From positions 19,363,436 to 19,419,434 of the forward strand of contig NC_068997.1 in the NCBI RefSeq assembly GCF_001194135.2: a DNA stretch of 55,999 bases, written 5' to 3'. Position 1 is the stretch's first letter; the number at the start of each line of letters is the position of its first letter. Position numbers and translations under genes: made by a program. The notes beneath the pieces were generated by a model that saw only the letters and a program-made list of their open reading frames with translations, did no database searches and had not been told where the DNA came from. Shown here piece by piece: positions 25,376-37,269 of this stretch. This DNA comes from Octopus bimaculoides (lineage: Eukaryota).

Positions 25376-26406
25376 TATATAACACTCTTTTCTTTTATTG
25401 ACTTCTCACTGCATAACACACATACTCACAGAGGTGGAATACAAATTTATATGTGTGTATATATATATGTGTATANNNNNNNNNNNNNNNNNNNNNNNNN
25501 NNNNNNNNNNNNNNNNNNNNNNNNNNNNNNNNNNNNNNNNNNNNNNNNNNNNNNNNNNNNNNNNNNNNNNNNNNNNNNNNNNNNNNNNNNNNNNNNNNNN
25601 NNNNNNNNNNNNNNNNNNNNNNNNNNNNNNNNNNNNNNNNNNNNNNNNNNNNNNNNNNNNNNNNNNNNNNNNNNNNNNNNNNNNNNNNNNNNNNNNNNNN
25701 NNNNNNNNNNNNNNNNNNNNNNNNNNNNNNNNNNNNNNNNNNNNNNNNNNNNNNNNNNNNNNNNNNNNNNNNNNNNNNNNNNNNNNNNNNNNNNNNNNNN
25801 NNNNNNNNNNNNNNNNNNNNNNNNNNNNNNNNNNNNNNNNNNNNNNNNNNNNNNNNNNNNNNNNNNNNNNNNNNNNNNNNNNNNNNNNNNNNNNNNNNNN
25901 NNNNNNNNNNNNNNNNNNNNNNNNNNNNNNNNNNNNNNNNNNNNNNNNNNNNNNNNNNNNNNNNNNNNNNNNNNNNNNNNNNNNNNNNNNNNNNNNNNNN
26001 NNNNNNNNNNNNNNNNNNNNNNNNNNNNNNNNNNNNNNNNNNNNNNNNNNNNNNNNNNNNNNNNNNNNNNNNNNNNNNNNNNNNNNNNNNNNNNNNNNNN
26101 NNNNNNNNNNNNNNNNNNNNNNNNNNNNNNNNNNNNNNNNNNNNNNNNNNNNNNNNNNNNNNNNNNNNNNNNNNNNNNNNNNNNNNNNNNNNNNNNNNNN
26201 NNNNNNNNNNNNNNNNNNNNNNNNNNNNNNNNNNNNNNNNNNNNNNNNNNNNNNNNNNNNNNNNNNNNNNNNNNNNNNNNNNNNNNNNNNNNNNNNNAGA
26301 AAAATTTGTAGTTTAGAATCAGTAGTTCTTTGACTGCTATTTCTAAATTTTCAGTATGTTGGAGAAGCAACTCAATGCTAATCCCTGTATATTTATGATG
26401 ATAAAT

Positions 26407-26454
<48 letters not shown>

Positions 26455-26573
26455 CACACCATGCACACTTAAATACATACATACATATAGAAAGACAGTA
26501 AGGAAACTTCTTAACCATATGATTAATACTTGATGTGTCTGTGAATATATATAGATTCATGTTCATACATGTC

Positions 26574-26610
<37 letters not shown>

Positions 26611-27344
26611 ATCCTATGAAACCATTTAACTTAGGCCAGTATGGAAAATGGATATTAAATGATGATGATGATGATGATGGCGATGATGACAGTGATTATG
26701 AAGATAATGTGTGTGTGTATGCATGTGTGTGTGCATGTGTGTTTGTGTATGTATGTGTATATATGTGTGTGCACATGTACACATATGTTGATATATACAT
26801 GTATATATATATATAACTGTATGTATACACACACACACACACACGCACACACTCATGCAAATGCACACACATGCAGACATTCACACACACATACACCTGC
26901 ACACTCATTTGCGTACTTAACAATACAATAAACAATTGTTGAGGAATTTAATGTGCAACAGTCACAACTACCAATCCCATAATTAAAGCCTGTTTTGAGT
27001 TAATTTGTTTTCCATGTATCGTTTATGTTTTATTTTGAAACCAATAAAGCAATTATTCTCTACTGAATAACACGAATTGTTGGTGCTTTGTTAAAGTTGC
27101 TTAGGTGAAGGAGTATTTTAGTTTGGTTCAATAACAAGCACATTGATATTTCAACTCAGACTAAGACATTTTGAATAATGATTTCTTGTCAATGCATCTT
27201 GAGAATGGGATGGAGCAGTATTTGGATATTTATAAATGTATGTATAATATTTATAGCCATATCATGTTGAAAATATTGGTTCTTGTCTCATCATCAAAGT
27301 TAAGTAGCATTGAACCTGTTAAATACTTTGACGGGTGGGTGCTT

Positions 27345-27470
27345 GATAAACTGAGGTGTAGTAATTTGCAATACAGGCATTGTTGAGTAATTAAGAAGTT
27401 TGATTTCCATTCACATGATCTTGGGTTCAGTGCCAATGTGCAGCATTCTGGGTGAGTGTCTTCTATCATG
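27345..27470 (+). mobile_element. SINE family A head fragment abutting the tandem array
   Basis: TTGGGTTCAGTGCCAATGTGCAGCATTCTGGGTGAGTGTCTTCTA; truncated where the array begins. Confidence 0.6.
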
Positions 27471-27481
27471 TTCTTTGTTAA

Positions 27482-27886
27482 GAGAACTTTCCGGGGGCTT
27501 CCTGAAAAGATCCGAGGGTTTCGTGGAAAGATTCGAGGATTTCATGGAAAATCCCAAGAACTTCATGGGAAGATCCGAGGATTTCCTGGAAAGTCCCTAA
27601 GACTTCCCGGAAAGACCCGAGGATTTCCTGAAAAATGCTGGTGACTTCCTGGAAAGATCCGAGGGTTTCCTGGAAAGTTCCGGCGATTTCATGGGAAGGT
27701 CCGAGGATTTCATAGAATGTTCCAGGATTTCCTGGAAATTTTCGAGGAATTCCTCAGAGCTTTCCAGGAAATCCTCGTACATTTCCATGAAATCCTCGGA
27801 ACTTTCCGGGAAATCACTGGAATTTTCCAGGAAATCCTAGCATCTTTCNNNNNNNNNNAAAACCTCGGAACTTTCCTGGGAAGTCC
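27482..27886. repeat. 21-bp minisatellite (consensus ~TTCCTGGAAAGATCCGAGGAT) that switches strand at 27749/27750
   Basis: Units start at 27499, 27520, 27541, 27562, 27583, 27604, 27625, 27646, 27667, 27688, 27709, 27729; palindrome GAGGAATTCCTC (27744-27755); then at least 5 inverted units. Confidence 0.95.
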
Positions 27887-27892
27887 GGGGGT

Positions 27893-28442
27893 GAATTACT
27901 TCCTGGAAAGTTCCGATGAAGGGGAGAAGGATAATTGCTTCCTGGAAAGCTCCAGGGGTGCGAATTACTTCCAGGAAAGTTCCATGGATAGGGAGCAGGG
28001 GGAATAATTACTTCCAGGAAAGTTCCATGGATAGGGAGCAGGGGGAATAATTACTTCCTGGAAAGTCCTACGGAAGAGATGCAGCGGGGATAATTACTTT
28101 CTGCTAAATTCCAAGGAAGGGGAGGGGAACAATTACTTCCTGGATGATTCGGAGGGGTGAATTATTTCCTAGACAGTTCCAACGGGGGCTGGGGGTGAAC
28201 TACTTCCTGAGAAGTTCCATGGAAGGGGAGGAGGTGGAATACTTACTTCCTGGTAAGCTCTGAGGGGTTTCGAATTACTTCCTGGAAAGTTAGGAGGGGA
28301 CGAATTACTTCCTGGAAAGTTCTTCGGGGGGATGAATTATTTCCTAAAAAAGTTCTGAGGACAGGGAGAAAAGGGGATGAATTACTTCTTGGAAACTTCC
28401 GAGGACAGGGAGAAAGAGATGAATTACTTCCTGGAAATTTCC
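27893..28442 (+). repeat. Repeat-spacer array: ~15 copies of AATTACTTCCTGGAAAGTTCC separated by variable G/A-rich linkers
   Basis: Period ~29-45 bp; two adjacent 43-bp units are identical (27963-28048). Confidence 0.9.
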
Positions 28443-28639
28443 GAGGGGGATGAATGATAGACCTGAAACATACTAAGACACCAGAAATTTCACTGATGAT
28501 GCATTGCAGAGCATCTGTGAGATGTAGTTTGGCATAGCATCCTTTGGCATGGTCAAACAACCAATGCTATCCTGTTGGGATTCATAATGCTGAATACAAA
28601 ATGCGGTTCATGAGACCTCCATTCAAGTGTGTTTCCTGA

Positions 28640-28808
28640 GCCACCGTCTCCCCCTTGTATTCCGATCCATCCCAAGGTTACCCATTAACAGCTGAATGGA
28701 CTGGGGCAATATAAAATGTTTTGCTTAAGAACACAAGCACGACCAATCCAGGTATTGAAACTATGACCCTGCAATCATGATTGCAATACCCAAACCACTC
28801 AGCCATAT
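28640..28808 (-). mobile_element. SINE family C
   Basis: Reverse complement has TGGCTGAGTGG head and GTGTTCTTAAGCAAAACA core. Confidence 0.7.
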
Positions 28809-29821
28809 GCTATCATTCATCACTGCCTGCAACTACCAATTTTTGCAATTTTAATTGTGAAACCATTCTATTATATTCTCTCACGAGAGACTATAGCATC
28901 ACAGAAAGTTATCAGGAGATGGTGAGGAAGGCATCTTTCATTCAGTATATGATAAACGGCTTTGGTCTTTATCAGCTGTTATTAAAATATATATATTTTT
29001 TAAAACATACTTATTGGAATCATTCAACTGTAAAGTGGGAATGGTACTGGGTAGGAAGTGGAACAAGATACTTTACAGGAACCACTCAACCATATAAGCA
29101 CTTTCCTACCATTTCTGGAATTGTTCCAATGTTCTGTGGGAATTTTGCCAATTTCTCTATCAGTATCTAAATGTCAGTCATTTTATAGATTCTATACAAA
29201 TAGTTAATTAAACTGTTTAATCTAAATGAATGTAAAAAAATTTATCATGTAGAATATGTAATGTCATCATTGTTGTTGTTATTGTCATTAATCAACCCTA
29301 GATCAGCTTTGACTGAGAAATTGTATGAGCAAACACATGCAGACCATTGCTATACCATGGGGTTTTTTTTTCAGGTACTCTGTGTCATTTTTTAAGATTA
29401 TAATATGTGATTTGAAGGAGATTTTACTGCTATTTCTAGCTTATGGAGTGACCACATAGAGACTGGTAACTGGTTTATGTATTATGTTATGTAAGTGAGT
29501 GTGACAAATGTGTCATAAAATGGAGGGCAAGAAGTACTAGGAAAATGTAGAAAGTTGAAATGTAGAAATACTAGGTGAGTGTGGTGAACAGTAAGAAACA
29601 CATACACACACATATATTGTATATTTTGTCTGTATAAATAGATGTATAACAGCTATTGACCATCAGAGGATACTCTATTGCATTAAGTCAATGCAATAAA
29701 ATGTTCTTTGATGACCTTTTCTGGTTAAGCATCCACATGCATGGTTCCAAACAACCATAATGGTGAAACATACATAGGAACTAATAATATCAACTTGTGT
29801 TTATCGTAATTTCTTCAATAT

Positions 29822-29963
29822 ACTCTTTACTCTTTTACTTGTTTCAGTCATTTGACTGTGGCCATGCTGGAGCACCGCCTTTAGTCGAGCGAATCGCCCC
29901 CAGGACTTATTCTTTGTAAGCCTAGTACCCCATCATTTAATGCTGAACCATTAAGTGATGGGG
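29822..29963 (-). mobile_element. SINE family A, 3' portion
   Basis: Reverse complement of the family A tail. Confidence 0.9.
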
Positions 29964-29964
29964 A

Positions 29965-30364
29965 CATCACTGTGTGGTAAGTAGTTTGCTTACCAACCGG
30001 GTTCAGTCCCACTGCGTGGCACCTTGGGCAAGTGTATTCTACTATAGCCTCAGGCCGACCAAAGCCTTGAGAGTGGATTTGGTAGACAGAAACTGGAAGA
30101 ACCCCTTCGTATGTATATGTATATGTATGTATGTGTGTGTATATGTTTGTGTGTCTGTGTTTGTCCCTCCAACATCGCTTGACAACCGATGCTGGTGTGT
30201 TTACATCCCCGTAATGTAGCGGTTCAGCAAAAGAGACCGATAGAATAAGTACTAGGCTTACAAAGAATAACTCCTGGTGTCGAATTGCTCAACTGAAGGC
30301 GGTGCTCCAGCATGGCCGCAGTCAAATGACTGAAACAAGAGAGTAAAAAAGAGAGTAAAAGAGA
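29965..30364 (+). mobile_element. SINE family A, near full length, head-to-head with the preceding fragment
   Basis: Aligns with 21578-21979, with a short deletion in the head. Confidence 0.9.
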
Positions 30365-30644
30365 ATACTGCCAGTTCTGCGACCTGAACTTATGACCAAA
30401 TGAACATAAGCTCAACATCAAACCCACTAGATTATGTGCCTTAAACAAACGGCTATGATGAGACTCACATAATTCCTGTGCATTATATGGACTGGAGTAA
30501 CATGTAATGCAGTAGTATATCAAGGAGGGGATGCAATGAGGATAGTCCACCATGGGCCTTGCTTTTATAATGATGGCATTTTGGGGTCTGTTGTATAAGC
30601 TTGTATAGTGGGTGCAGGGTTGTAAACTAAAAGGATGCTTCAGT

Positions 30645-30778
30645 TGACATGCATTCTAGCTATGCCACTGGTGCAATGAAGAGTTGTGTTCAAGAGCTCA
30701 ATGTACTGCCTGGTCTAAGATTTGAACTTGCAACCTAATGAACATGAGCCCAACATCATAACCACTAGACTATATGTG
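30645..30778 (-). mobile_element. SINE family C head and core (diverged)
   Basis: Reverse complement TAGTCTAGTGGTTATG...AAGTTCAAATCTTAGACC...CTTGAACACAACTCTTCATT. Confidence 0.55.
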
Positions 30779-31721
30779 TCTCAACCAAAAGGTTATGATG
30801 AGACTTGCACAATTCCTGTGAATCATATGCTAAGTAAACAATGGGAAAATGCTCTATTGTATTTATAAACCCCAGAGTTGCTATGATATCAAAACAGCAA
30901 CATCTGGAAATAGATGTGCTTTGAAGGGAAATAAAACAATGGAGTGGTAGACAGCAAAATGATTCCAATGAGAATGTTTACTAAAAATCACGTTTCACTG
31001 AACAAACAAAAACCTATCCAGAGAAATACAAATATTTGCTAGAATTTCAAAACAGACAAATGTATCAACTGTTGTGTGTTGTTTATTCGCTGTTTTAGAT
31101 GGATGACTTTTAGTAATAAATAGTAAAATAGCAGTAATGGCCCGCAGGGTGAATTTTCAAATCCCAAATGAAGTTCATGCATGCACACACAAACACAATT
31201 AGACACAAACACTTACACACACATGCACACACACATGAACACACACACACACACACACAAACCACACATACCTACACACACACACACTCAAACACATATA
31301 CACACACAAATACATACACATACACACAAATACACCCACTCGCACACACATACATGCACACAAACACACACACAAACGCCCCCACATACACATACATGCA
31401 CACACACACACAAACACACACCCGGTCATGTGCACATACATCGATACATACATTCACATAAGCCTATAACGTAATGGTTATGTGGTTAACAAGCTAACCA
31501 TAGGTATGGTTCTGTGGCTAAGAAGCTCATTTTGCAACTGTGTGGTTTTGGGTTCAATCCCTCTGCAAGGCTTTATAAGTAAATGTTTTCTGCTGCATCA
31601 TTCAGAATGAAAAGACAGATGAAATGCTGCTAAACATTTTGCCCGGCAGGTTAATGATTCTGCCAGCTCACCGCCTTTTGCCGTCATTCTAATGTTGATG
31701 ATTTGTAATATAGCTTTGTTC

Positions 31722-32006
31722 CGTCTTGGGAGGGTCATCATGCCAATGAAAACACATGCACTGGTTCTATTTCCCTTCATTATTATTCGTCAATTCTATC
31801 TAACTCAATTAACTAGTTGATTGTTTGATTAATTGTTCAGTTAATCAATGAATCTGTTAAGTTTGTTGAAGTCTGTCCTTCACTGAATGATTAATCAAAC
31901 AGTCAATTAGTTAATTGGTTAAATAGTTAAACAATTGATAAATAAATAAAGTGGAATAGAACCAGTGTGTGTGTTTATTATTGATGTAATGACCTTCCCA
32001 AGATAC
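31722..32006. mobile_element. Palindromic Penelope-like element (diverged arms), plus terminal peptide fragment at 32159-32197
   Basis: Left TCTTGGGAGGGTCATCATGCCAATGAAAACACATGCACTGGTTCTATT pairs with right AATAGAACCAGTGTGTGTGTTTATTATTGATGTAATGACCTTCCCAAGA. Confidence 0.7.
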
Positions 32007-32257
32007 AATGAAATATTAATTACTAGCAAGCACACAGTATTTTGTTTCGCAACCACACTATACCACCAAGTATATTAAAGATTTACAAGTCAACATTGTA
32101 CCTTACTTTTATGTTAGTAGTGCGATAAGACAACAGAATATGTTTCATCACATGGTACCACATTAAAAATCTTGCAAATCAAATACAAAAACGGAAAGTA
32201 ATATAGTTGTTGTTGTTGTTGTTGCTGTTTAGATCCAGGTAAGGCTTTATTGAATTG

Positions 32258-32259
<2 letters not shown>

Positions 32260-32295
<36 letters not shown>

Positions 32296-32450
32296 TTTAG
32301 TGTCCTCTTTTTTTATGCTTGCATGGGTCAAATACAATTCATTGAGTAAGATTTTCTACGACCAGATGCTATTTCTGTCACCAACACTCACCTATTTCCA
32401 AGTATGGTAATATTTCCCCACTTGTCCTTCAAACATAGCACAATGGCTGG
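32260..32450 (-). mobile_element. Diverged RTE-type 3' end variant with (GAT)n tail; similar remnants at 18590-18690 (-), 42285-42410 (-), 45030-45205 (+)
   Basis: Reverse complement ...GTTGGTGACAGAAATAGCATCTGGTCGTAGAAAATC...CCCATGCAAGCAT...(GAT)n. Confidence 0.65.
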
Positions 32451-32669
32451 ACATGATTTCACAGATTTCAAGCACACTTACACACACACGCATACACACA
32501 CACACATGTACATACATATACATACGTACACACTCACATATTCACACAAACATGTACATAGCTATACATAGATACACATACATATTCACACACACGCACA
32601 CGTGCACACACACATTCATATGCACATACACACACACATTCACACACAGATACACACAAATATATAAGA

Positions 32670-32780
32670 AGAATTTCTTTCAGTTTTTTCTACCAAATCC
32701 ACTAACAAAGGCTTTGATTGAACTGGGGCTTTATTAGAAAGCAAGGTGCCACCATGTAGTTATGTATACCACATGGTGTC
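32670..32780 (-). mobile_element. SINE family A fragment
   Basis: TTCTTTCAGTTTTTTCTACCAAATCCACTAACAAAGGCTTTG matches the family A reverse complement. Confidence 0.65.
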
Positions 32781-33560
32781 ACGAGTTTAAAGCTAACACT
32801 ACATGTTCATGAGTCAATGGAAGAATTTCTATCCAGTTGCTCAACCTACACGAAATAGAAACCAAACCTCCCTCAATTCATTCCTTGTTGTTTTGCAAAA
32901 GATGGATACATTGGACAATGTGCTCTTGTGTGCATTGTTCCTTGGAAAAGTTTGCATAGTCATGGCTGGAACTCTTTCATCATAAGTTCGCTGTACCAGA
33001 GCTGACATGGAGCCGATCAATAAATAGCAAGGGAAAAACTACTAAATAATGTAGTCTTAGATATACCATATCTGATTGATGATGGCATCATTCATTGTCA
33101 GAATGCCTTAAATCATAGACTTGCTCAGTCAGAGCTGACCTGGGGTTAAACAGTGGCAAAATTATGTTAACATGTTAACTATGATAGTTCTTCAGTTTTC
33201 TGCCAACAGTTCTCTCACTTTTTTTATTTTTTATTTGCTTTATTTTTGCAGCGCCAACATAATTCAGAACTAATGAAATTCTTTGTTTTCGTTCTTAACT
33301 CTTTTCTGTTTTATTTAGGTTGGCTCATGTTTGACATGTCTATAAATTTCCTGGTTTCCTGTGCTTAGCACCAACCATTTCAATCAATATCTTCTAATGT
33401 TTATCAAATGTTGCAATTGGCAGGCATAACTCCTCATCTATGAGACATAATCACACAAACACTACACTGCTATTTAGTGGTGACTGTTTTTTTTTTTATT
33501 AGCCTATGGTGTTTGCTCCAACAATTCATGGGAAAGTCACTAGTGAGTAACTAGCATCAC

Positions 33561-33594
33561 ATCCAGGAGCAGAATTGTTTCTTCTCTGCTGATA
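33561..33594 (-). CDS. Weak candidate exon, ISREETILLLD, phase 2 to 0
   Basis: Acceptor attccaatttctgtag 66 nt after the 33661 donor; donor GAT|GTGATG is weak; phase compatible with the preceding exon. Confidence 0.3.
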
Positions 33595-33660
33595 CTACAG
33601 AAATTGGAATCTGACAGTGCTTCAAATAAATCTAAGAGTTCTTTGAAAGTATTTACTTAC

Positions 33661-33728
33661 AAATAAAATTCTTTTCTGGAAGCTTCTAAAAGAAAGTTCT
33701 CACATTTCTGAACTGAACTAACAAACTT
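33661..33728 (-). CDS. Candidate coding exon, KFVSSVQKCENFLLEASRKEFY, phase 0 to 2
   Basis: Strong acceptor ttttcttttgtaattttctag, strong donor TTT|GTAAGT; 68 nt; one open frame. Confidence 0.65.
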
Positions 33729-34384
33729 CTAGAAAATTACAAAAGAAAATATATATTCCAAGTTTTAATGGAAGATTAGCTCAGCTAGTAGATATTGGTT
33801 TGCAGTTTATGTAGTCCAAATTTTACTACAAGTACAATTCTTGATTCAAGGCTTTTAATTGAAAATAGATAAACCATTTTCTTTACAGTTGATTGCTTGA
33901 CATCAATAAGACTATCCAAGTGCACCAGACTAAAACGGAGTGTGCTGAACATTATAGTAAAGGAAACTTCAATATTGTTTTATAAAATAAATCCTACTAG
34001 CTTTACTAACCTGATACTCTAGTTATAAACTGTTTAGACTATTTGAAATGGAAATTGTGTAAAATTGTATTAGATGCATACACGTTGACCATTATATGCC
34101 TTACATCCGACTGTTAATCTTATGTTCCAGTAATTCAATCATGATTTTGGATTTCCAAATAATTCAAAGTGCTTCAGAAGTGGTCATAAAATAAGACTCA
34201 GTATAAAAGATTCAGATATAGCCATTTAGTTCTGTGTTTGAAAAGTTCACTCCTCAGTCACTCCTGGTTCTGGGTACTGTTCAACTGTGTTCAACTTGTG
34301 CAAGTGCTTTCTAACATAATTTTAGATTATTAGAGAAACTTGGTCGATTAAAATTGTATAGAAGCTCGTCATTATCAGCATTTA

Positions 34385-34528
34385 ATGGTGGTGGCAGTGG
34401 CAGTGGCAGTGGTGGTGGCGATGATGGTGATGGTGATGATGATGATGATGATGACTATGCAGGTTATGACAATGACGACAACAAAGGTGATGACGACGAT
34501 GATAATGTCGATGATGATGGTGAGGATA

Positions 34529-34564
<36 letters not shown>

Positions 34565-34640
34565 GGGGGATGATGGTGGTAGAGGAGGAAGTTGTTATGA
34601 TGGCAGTTGATGGTCTTGATGATGACAACAATGACAACAA
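34385..34640. repeat. (GGT)/(GAT)/(GAC) trinucleotide cluster; similar clusters at 18385-18600 and 39590-39965
   Basis: Read directly from sequence. Confidence 0.9.
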
Positions 34641-35161
34641 CAAAGATATGTCTAACATCTAACAGATAGATTTTCAGATAAATAGTAAATTCATTTATTA
34701 GGTATATTTCAAACATATATGTAAGGGATGAAAATATTTTTCAAAATATTTCCAACAGGATTTAAAAAAAAAAAAAAAAAAAAAAACACAGGCTGCATGA
34801 ATGAAAATACAAGTATTTTTTGAGTTTTTGAATTTCTGAATTAACATAGAAACAGAAGTTATTGCCAAATGTAACAAAAATAAAATTAACACCAACAGAC
34901 TGAAGTTATATAACAATCTACAAACAACATTTTTGAAAGAATTCAAGAGGATACATGATATCTTAAAAAACAACTGGTAACATTAACAATTATATTTTCT
35001 TCTACCATGTGAGAACGAGAGAAAGAAAGAGAGAGGACTATATGTTTCTGAATTTCTAAGTAAATCATGTGCTTATGTGTCATGTGGTGCAATCTGTAGA
35101 CCTCCCTGTATATAGAATATACACACACACATATCATCATCATATATACATATATATACGT

Positions 35162-35222
<61 letters not shown>

Positions 35223-35769
35223 CATATGTATGTATGTATATGTATATATATGTGCGTGTGTGTGTGTATATTTTATATANNNNNNNNNNNNNNNNNNNNN
35301 NNNNNNNNNNNNNNNNNNNNNNNNNNNNNNNNNNNNNNNNNNNNNNNNNNNNNNNNNNNNNNNNNNNNNNNNNNNNNNNNNNNNNNNNNNNNNNNNNNNN
35401 NNNNNNNNNNNNNNNNNNNNNNNNNNNNNNNNNNNNNNNNNNNNNNNNNNNNNNNNNNNNNNNNNNNNNNNNNNNNNNNNNNNNNNNNNNNNNNNNNNNN
35501 NNNNNNNNNNNNNNNNNNNNNNNNNNNNNNNNNNNNNNNNNNNNNNNNNNNNNNNNNNNNNNNNNNNNNNNNNNNNNNNNNNNNNNNNNNNNNNNNNNNN
35601 NNNNNNNNNNNNNNNNNNNNNNNNNNNNNNNNNNNNNNNNNNNNNNNNNNNNNNNNNNNNNNNNNNNNNNNNNNNNNNNNNNNNNNNNNNNNNNNNNNNN
35701 NNNNNNNNNNNNNNNNNNNNNNNNNNNNNNNNNNNNNNNNNNNNNNNNNNNNNNNNNNNNNNNNNNNNN

Positions 35770-35837
<68 letters not shown>

Positions 35838-36069
35838 AGTAATATACTGTGTGTATGTCTGGGTGTATGTGTATAAAGGGAGTATATGGCAGGAATGGGA
35901 GGAAGTTAGCCTTGTTTATCACACCCTAACATATATAGAGAAACCTAAAACAGCAGCAATAGAATTTGGGAGGGATGTGGATGTGGGTGGGTAGGTGATT
36001 GGGATTGTTTTTGTTTATCTCCAACTAGAATTATAAAAATGTCAAACAATTGGCATGTTTGGTTGAATT

Positions 36070-36245
36070 GGTGGCTTGCTTGGTTGCTTGGTTGCTTGAT
36101 TGCTTGATTGCTTAGTTCTGGTTTGTTAGTTGTTAATCACTCAGTTCCTTCACTGGCTGGCTGGTTGGCTGGTTGGTTGGTTGGTTGGTTGGTTGGCTGG
36201 CTGGTTGGTTGGTTGGTTGGTTGGTTGGTTGGTTGGCTGGCTCGT
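36070..36245. repeat. (GGTT)n/(GCTT)n microsatellite
   Basis: Read directly from sequence. Confidence 0.9.
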
Positions 36246-36351
36246 TGGTCGTTTCTCTTTCACCACTCCAAGCTGGGTTAGATTAATAATCGTGATAGTA
36301 ATAATAGTGGTGGTGGTGGTGGTGTGGCAGCAATGGTGGTAATTTATGCAG

Positions 36352-37269
36352 NNNNNNNNNNNNNNNNNNNNNNNNNNNNNNNNNNNNNNNNNNNNNNNNN
36401 NNNNNNNNNNNNNNNNNNNNNNNNNNNNNNNNNNNNNNNNNNNNNNNNNNNNNNNNNNNNNNNNNNNNNNNNNNNNNNNNNNNNNNNNNNNNNNNNNNNN
36501 NNNNNNNNNNNNNNNNNNNNNNNNNNNNNNNNNNNNNNNNNNNNNNNNNNNNNNNNNNNNNNNNNNNNNNNNNNNNNNNNNNNNNNNNNNNNNNNNNNNN
36601 NNNNNNNNNNNNNNNNNNNNNNNNNNNNNNNNNNNNNNNNNNNNNNNNNNNNNNNNNNNNNNNNNNNNNNNNNNNNNNNNNNNNNNNNNNNNNNNNNNNN
36701 NNNNNNNNNNNNNNNNNNNNNNNNNNNNNNNNNNNNNNNNNNNNNNNNNNNNNNNNNNNNNNNNNNNNNNNNNNNNNNNNNNNNNNNNNNNNNNNNNNNN
36801 NNNNNNNNNNNNNNNNNNNNNNNNNNNNNNNNNNNNNNNNNNNNNNNNNNNNNNNNNNNNNNNNNNNNNNNNNNNNNNNNNNNNNNNNNNNNNNNNNNNN
36901 NNNNNNNNNNNNNNNNNNNNNNNNNNNNNNNNNNNNNNNNNNNNNNNNNNNNNNNNNNNNNNNNNNNNNNNNNNNNNNNNNNNNNNNNNNNNNNNNNNNN
37001 NNNNNNNNNNNNNNNNNNNNNNNNNNNNNNNNNNNNNNNNNNNNNNNNNNNNNNNNNNNNNNNNNNNNNNNNNNNNNNNNNNNNNNNNNNNNNNNNNNNN
37101 NNNNNNNNNNNNNNNNNNNNNNNNNNNNNNNNNNNNNNNNNNNNNNNNNNNNNNNNNNNNNNNNNNNNNNNNNNNNNNNNNNNNNNNNNNNNNNNNNNNN
37201 NNNNNNNNNNNNNNNNNNNNNNNNNNNNNNNNNNNNNNNNNNNNNNNNNNNNNNNNNNNNNNNNNNNNN
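36352..37269. other. Assembly gap (largest); others at ~1938-2374, 7071-7600, 11830-11910, 14168-14713, 22665-22674, 25476-26298, 27849-27858, 35280-35769, 43339-43348, 47767-47807, 53635-53644
   Basis: Runs of N; exons or element ends may be hidden in them. Confidence 1.

Noticed and set aside
27482-28442. Array as a CRISPR locus or as a coding repeat
   Set aside because: Eukaryotic context, linkers related to each other, no cas genes; second-half unit lengths are mostly not multiples of 3 and frames are interrupted.
28781-29170. 129-aa plus-strand ORF, the longest in largely non-repetitive DNA
   Set aside because: It begins inside a reversed SINE head, has no recognisable motif and no supporting splice structure.
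34100-34140. ATG-initiated segment MIELLEHKINSR with a GTAAGG donor on minus
   Set aside because: It ends in phase 2, but the next strong exon (33728) is open only in phase 0.
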